Virus record (IMG/VR): IMGVR_UViG_3300046820_001270 | Location: 64,001-128,000 of that record | DNA: 64,000 nucleotides | Origin: a virus | Lineage: Duplodnaviria > Caudoviricetes | Direction: 5' to 3' (one strand) | Part shown: positions 61,730 through 64,000 of the stretch, in pieces | Position numbering within the stretch: position 1 is the first letter of the stretch | Layout of the letters: each line of letters starts with the position of its first letter | The notes under the pieces: generated by a model | Databases searched by the model: none | Told to the model about the DNA's origin: nothing | The model's input: only the letters and a program-made list of their open reading frames with translations | Made by a program: the position numbers and the translations under genes

Positions 61730-62054
61730 ATTTTTTGAGGGGAGACCAAAAAGATTATATCACTACGACCTATTGGTTGGAGGTATACCTGTTGAGGTAA
61801 TAACTTCAAACGAACCACCAACACATTTTTTTTCTAGTCCCACACAACATCTTGGTTTTTATGTGGGAGTTCAAAATACACAATTAGAATTAATTTACGA
61901 TGGTGACATGGACGAATTATCCGTTATGGCAATGGTAGATGAATTAAAATATAGATACGCAAATTATGTTTCAATAAATGAACAGGTAATTGGATTTATG
62001 GAAGATTTTTTAAATGAACATTTAGATGGAACATCCACAATAAGATACGCATGA
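61713..62054 (+). CDS. FKFFEG-tagged protein with shared C-terminal module
   Basis: MVNQFKFFEGRPKRLYHY; C-terminal module homologous to 59269-59817. Confidence 0.8.
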   Translation: MVNQFKFFEGRPKRLYHYDLLVGGIPVEVITSNEPPTHFFSSPTQHLGFYVGVQNTQLELIYDGDMDELSVMAMVDELKYRYANYVSINEQVIGFMEDFLNEHLDGTSTIRYA

Positions 62055-62587
62055 TGAAACCTTTTAAACTACTTAACGGATACACATATAGTGATGAGTA
62101 TACATTACCAGTACGAATAGATCCACCATATGGAATATCGAATCGTCATTGGAATATGTTGCCACAAGATTTAAGAGGTGGAGAACGAGAAGATATGTTA
62201 CTTTATATTGAAGGATGGGAAGCGTCGGCACGTGCTGATTACAATAATCCATATCCCGACCAACTAAGAGGTGAGGTGTGGAATAGAGGATGGCACGCGT
62301 GGTTTGAACGTCGTAATGGAGAAACACATACTGAAAGGGATATGGAACACTATCACGCAGATAGAGAATTTTTCAATAGAAGAACAAGAGTGTATACTGA
62401 AAGGGATATGGAATACTATCACACAGAAGAGTTTTTGTTCTTTGATGTGTCCGAAGAAAGATACGACCCTATTTGGCCGCAACCATATAAAGTTATGTTG
62501 TTTAGAAGTATTGAAGAAGGGAACACAGTGGAAGGACAAACAATTTATCCAGACCACTATATGTATAATTTTCCTGATGTAATTTAA
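62051..62587 (+). CDS. FKLLNG-tagged protein with Rmf/CrpP-like module and internal duplication
   Basis: EGWEA...NNPY...VWNRGW; TERDMExYH twice. Confidence 0.75.
   Translation: MMKPFKLLNGYTYSDEYTLPVRIDPPYGISNRHWNMLPQDLRGGEREDMLLYIEGWEASARADYNNPYPDQLRGEVWNRGWHAWFERRNGETHTERDMEHYHADREFFNRRTRVYTERDMEYYHTEEFLFFDVSEERYDPIWPQPYKVMLFRSIEEGNTVEGQTIYPDHYMYNFPDVI
62329..62427 (+). repeat. 33-bp direct repeat, 2 mismatches, 66-bp period
   Basis: tactgaaagggatatggaa(c/t)actatcac(g/a)caga at 62329 and 62395. Confidence 0.9.
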
Positions 62588-62606
62588 AATAAAAAACAAA
62601 TAACCT

Positions 62607-62801
62607 ATGAAAACAGCAATGCAAGAATTAATGGAATGGCTTGATGATTCAATACCAGAAACAATTAAAGAAAAATATCTTGAAAAAGAAAAAGAGCAGA
62701 TAATAGATGCTTATGATAAAGGAGGTGATGTAAATGATGATTTACAACCATTATATGGAACACCTGAAGAATACTACAAAACCTATAACCAAAACAATTA
62801 A
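62607..62801 (+). CDS. hypothetical protein
   Basis: MKTAMQELMEWL...KEKEQIIDAY. Confidence 0.75.
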   Translation: MKTAMQELMEWLDDSIPETIKEKYLEKEKEQIIDAYDKGGDVNDDLQPLYGTPEEYYKTYNQNN

Positions 62802-62802
62802 T

Positions 62803-62967
62803 ATGAGATTAAACGTAGAACTATTCGCATTTGACTTCTACCGAGTAGGAAGAAGTTGGATTTCTTTTTTAGAAATTAATTATGGTCACCCATTATTTTA
62901 TATAGAATGGGGACAAGGTATGAAAATACAAATCAGTTTCTTATTTGGATTACTTAAAAATTATTAA
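62803..62967 (+). CDS. hypothetical protein
   Basis: Start ATG 62803. Confidence 0.6.
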   Translation: MRLNVELFAFDFYRVGRSWISFLEINYGHPLFYIEWGQGMKIQISFLFGLLKNY

Positions 62968-62968
62968 T

Positions 62969-63160
62969 ATGAATACAGTTTATTTTCAACCAGAAGGTAT
63001 TAAACCCGAATACTGCGAAATTGGTATGATTCACGAAACAGACAAAGAACATATTTGGTATTTAAATGAGCCTTGTAAAATATTGATAAGTGAGGTTAAA
63101 ATTATACCAAAAGAAAATGTATTTTATGATGTGAAAAATAAATCATATAAAATAAAATAA
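62969..63160 (+). CDS. hypothetical protein
   Basis: Start ATG 62969. Confidence 0.65.
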   Translation: MNTVYFQPEGIKPEYCEIGMIHETDKEHIWYLNEPCKILISEVKIIPKENVFYDVKNKSYKIK

Positions 63161-63161
63161 T

Positions 63162-63392
63162 ATGAAATTTGAAGAAGCGGAAGAAAAATCATTAACTGTA
63201 AAATGGGAAATCGGAACTTGCTCACAAGGAGAAAAATGTTGGTGTAGAACAATTAAACCAATTGAACCCATACTTTTTGATGACGGGGGTCAAGATGAAT
63301 ATTGGATAGTTGGATCTGGTGAGCTACATAAAAATATTGCGGAGTATTTTGTTGAACTTCATAATAAAAATATTGAAAACAAAATTAAATAA
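63162..63392 (+). CDS. hypothetical protein
   Basis: 76-aa ORF with C...CWC. Confidence 0.7.
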   Translation: MKFEEAEEKSLTVKWEIGTCSQGEKCWCRTIKPIEPILFDDGGQDEYWIVGSGELHKNIAEYFVELHNKNIENKIK

Positions 63393-63393
63393 T

Positions 63394-63573
63394 ATGAAAT
63401 TTAGAAAAACACTCACAGATAAACGTCTTGAAGAATTATCTGATAAGGTAAGAAGAGGAACCCCAATCTTAATGAGTGAGGCGATTGAGGTAGTGGAATA
63501 TCAAGAGATGTTAAAGAAGAATAAACTACCTTTCACAGATAGAATGCTTAATTTCTTTAAAATAAAAAAATAA
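63394..63573 (+). CDS. hypothetical protein
   Basis: Start ATG 63394. Confidence 0.65.
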   Translation: MKFRKTLTDKRLEELSDKVRRGTPILMSEAIEVVEYQEMLKKNKLPFTDRMLNFFKIKK

Positions 63574-63574
63574 T

Positions 63575-63784
63575 ATGAAAACAACATATATAGACAGAGA
63601 TAGTAAATTATCTGTTCATAATGGTTTTAACTTTAATGGTAAAATAATAGACTTAATTAAAATATTAAATGGTGTTGTTAAAGAACACGGTGAAGATACG
63701 ACTTGTGGAATAGAAGTTATGAGTAGTTTTCCTCATCGTCATAGCACTAATATTGTTTTAACAAATAAAACATTAAACGTATAA
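63575..63784 (+). CDS. hypothetical protein
   Basis: 69-aa ORF in operon. Confidence 0.6.
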   Translation: MKTTYIDRDSKLSVHNGFNFNGKIIDLIKILNGVVKEHGEDTTCGIEVMSSFPHRHSTNIVLTNKTLNV

Positions 63785-63785
63785 T

Positions 63786-63980
63786 ATGAATATCTTTGCA
63801 AACCCAAACGATTTATTAAAACACTTATCCTTCTGGCATAACAAAACAGATGACGAGTGTGTTGAAATGGCAACAGGTGAATTTGGTGTTGATGCTGAAC
63901 GAGCATTAATTAATATACTTGAAAGAGATTTCTGTACCAACATTAATAATAATGTAATTGAAAAATTAAAAACATTATGA
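63786..63980 (+). CDS. hypothetical protein
   Basis: 64-aa ORF; next ORF starts at 63977 and runs off the window. Confidence 0.6.
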   Translation: MNIFANPNDLLKHLSFWHNKTDDECVEMATGEFGVDAERALINILERDFCTNINNNVIEKLKTL

Positions 63981-64000
63981 CACCAAGAGAAAGAAGATAT

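Noticed and set aside
52212-62587. FKFF-coding DNA (TTTAAATTTTTT) as a -1 frameshift slippery site
   Set aside because: The X XXY YYZ heptamer is not in the needed frame, and several copies use TTC, CTT or TTG codons that break the run.
1-64000. Stop-codon reassignment as in some large phages
   Set aside because: Recognisable enzymes are full length in the standard code; TGA acts as a stop in ATGA overlaps and TAG ends genes cleanly.
1-64000. tRNA, rRNA or tmRNA genes
   Set aside because: No cloverleaf or T-loop signature noticed by eye in the short intergenic spaces; tRNAscan-SE/ARAGORN would be decisive.
1-64000. Eukaryotic giant virus, suggested by the many GTs and collagen-like repeat
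   Set aside because: Peptidoglycan hydrolases, an S74 tail fibre, lipoproteins, overlapping operons and Bacteroidota promoters indicate a bacteriophage.

Overview
A 64-kb, visibly AT-rich, densely coding segment of a large tailed bacteriophage genome, read in the standard genetic code. No rRNA, tRNA, CRISPR array, integrase or reverse transcriptase was seen. The host is most likely a Bacteroidota bacterium: many operons start with TTTG-N19-20-TAnnTTTG, the Bacteroidota housekeeping promoter, and starts are A-rich without Shine-Dalgarno motifs. A second motif, TATTTAT, sits just upstream of virion-type genes. Left part (1-18 kb): a Hint-domain protein ending in a six-cysteine peptide, followed by SGNH, 2OG-Fe(II), two sulfotransferase-like and one radical SAM gene; a GT4-FkbM-heptosyltransferase (AAH/TibC-like) fusion; an S74-chaperone tail fibre with a proline-free Gly-X-Y repeat; and a glycosyltransferase/methyltransferase island. 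Middle: DNA methyltransferases and a probable R-M pair, cyclophilin, two PcfJ-like proteins, iscU/iscA, ferredoxin, a three-domain cell-wall hydrolase, a stand-alone DnaA domain IV, lipoproteins, a LamG protein and a BKACE/acetyltransferase/DegT cassette. Right part: a variable region of small ORFs. The strongest unexplained signals are (i) an F-K-F-F-x-G peptide tag on about 14 otherwise unrelated small proteins, one carrying a fragment of a gp23-like major capsid protein, (ii) a domain repeated 7 times over three late genes with I/L/V-x-E linkers, (iii) the Hint/six-Cys peptide plus tailoring enzymes, and (iv) a probable virion O-glycosylation system. All family assignments are by motif recognition, not database search.
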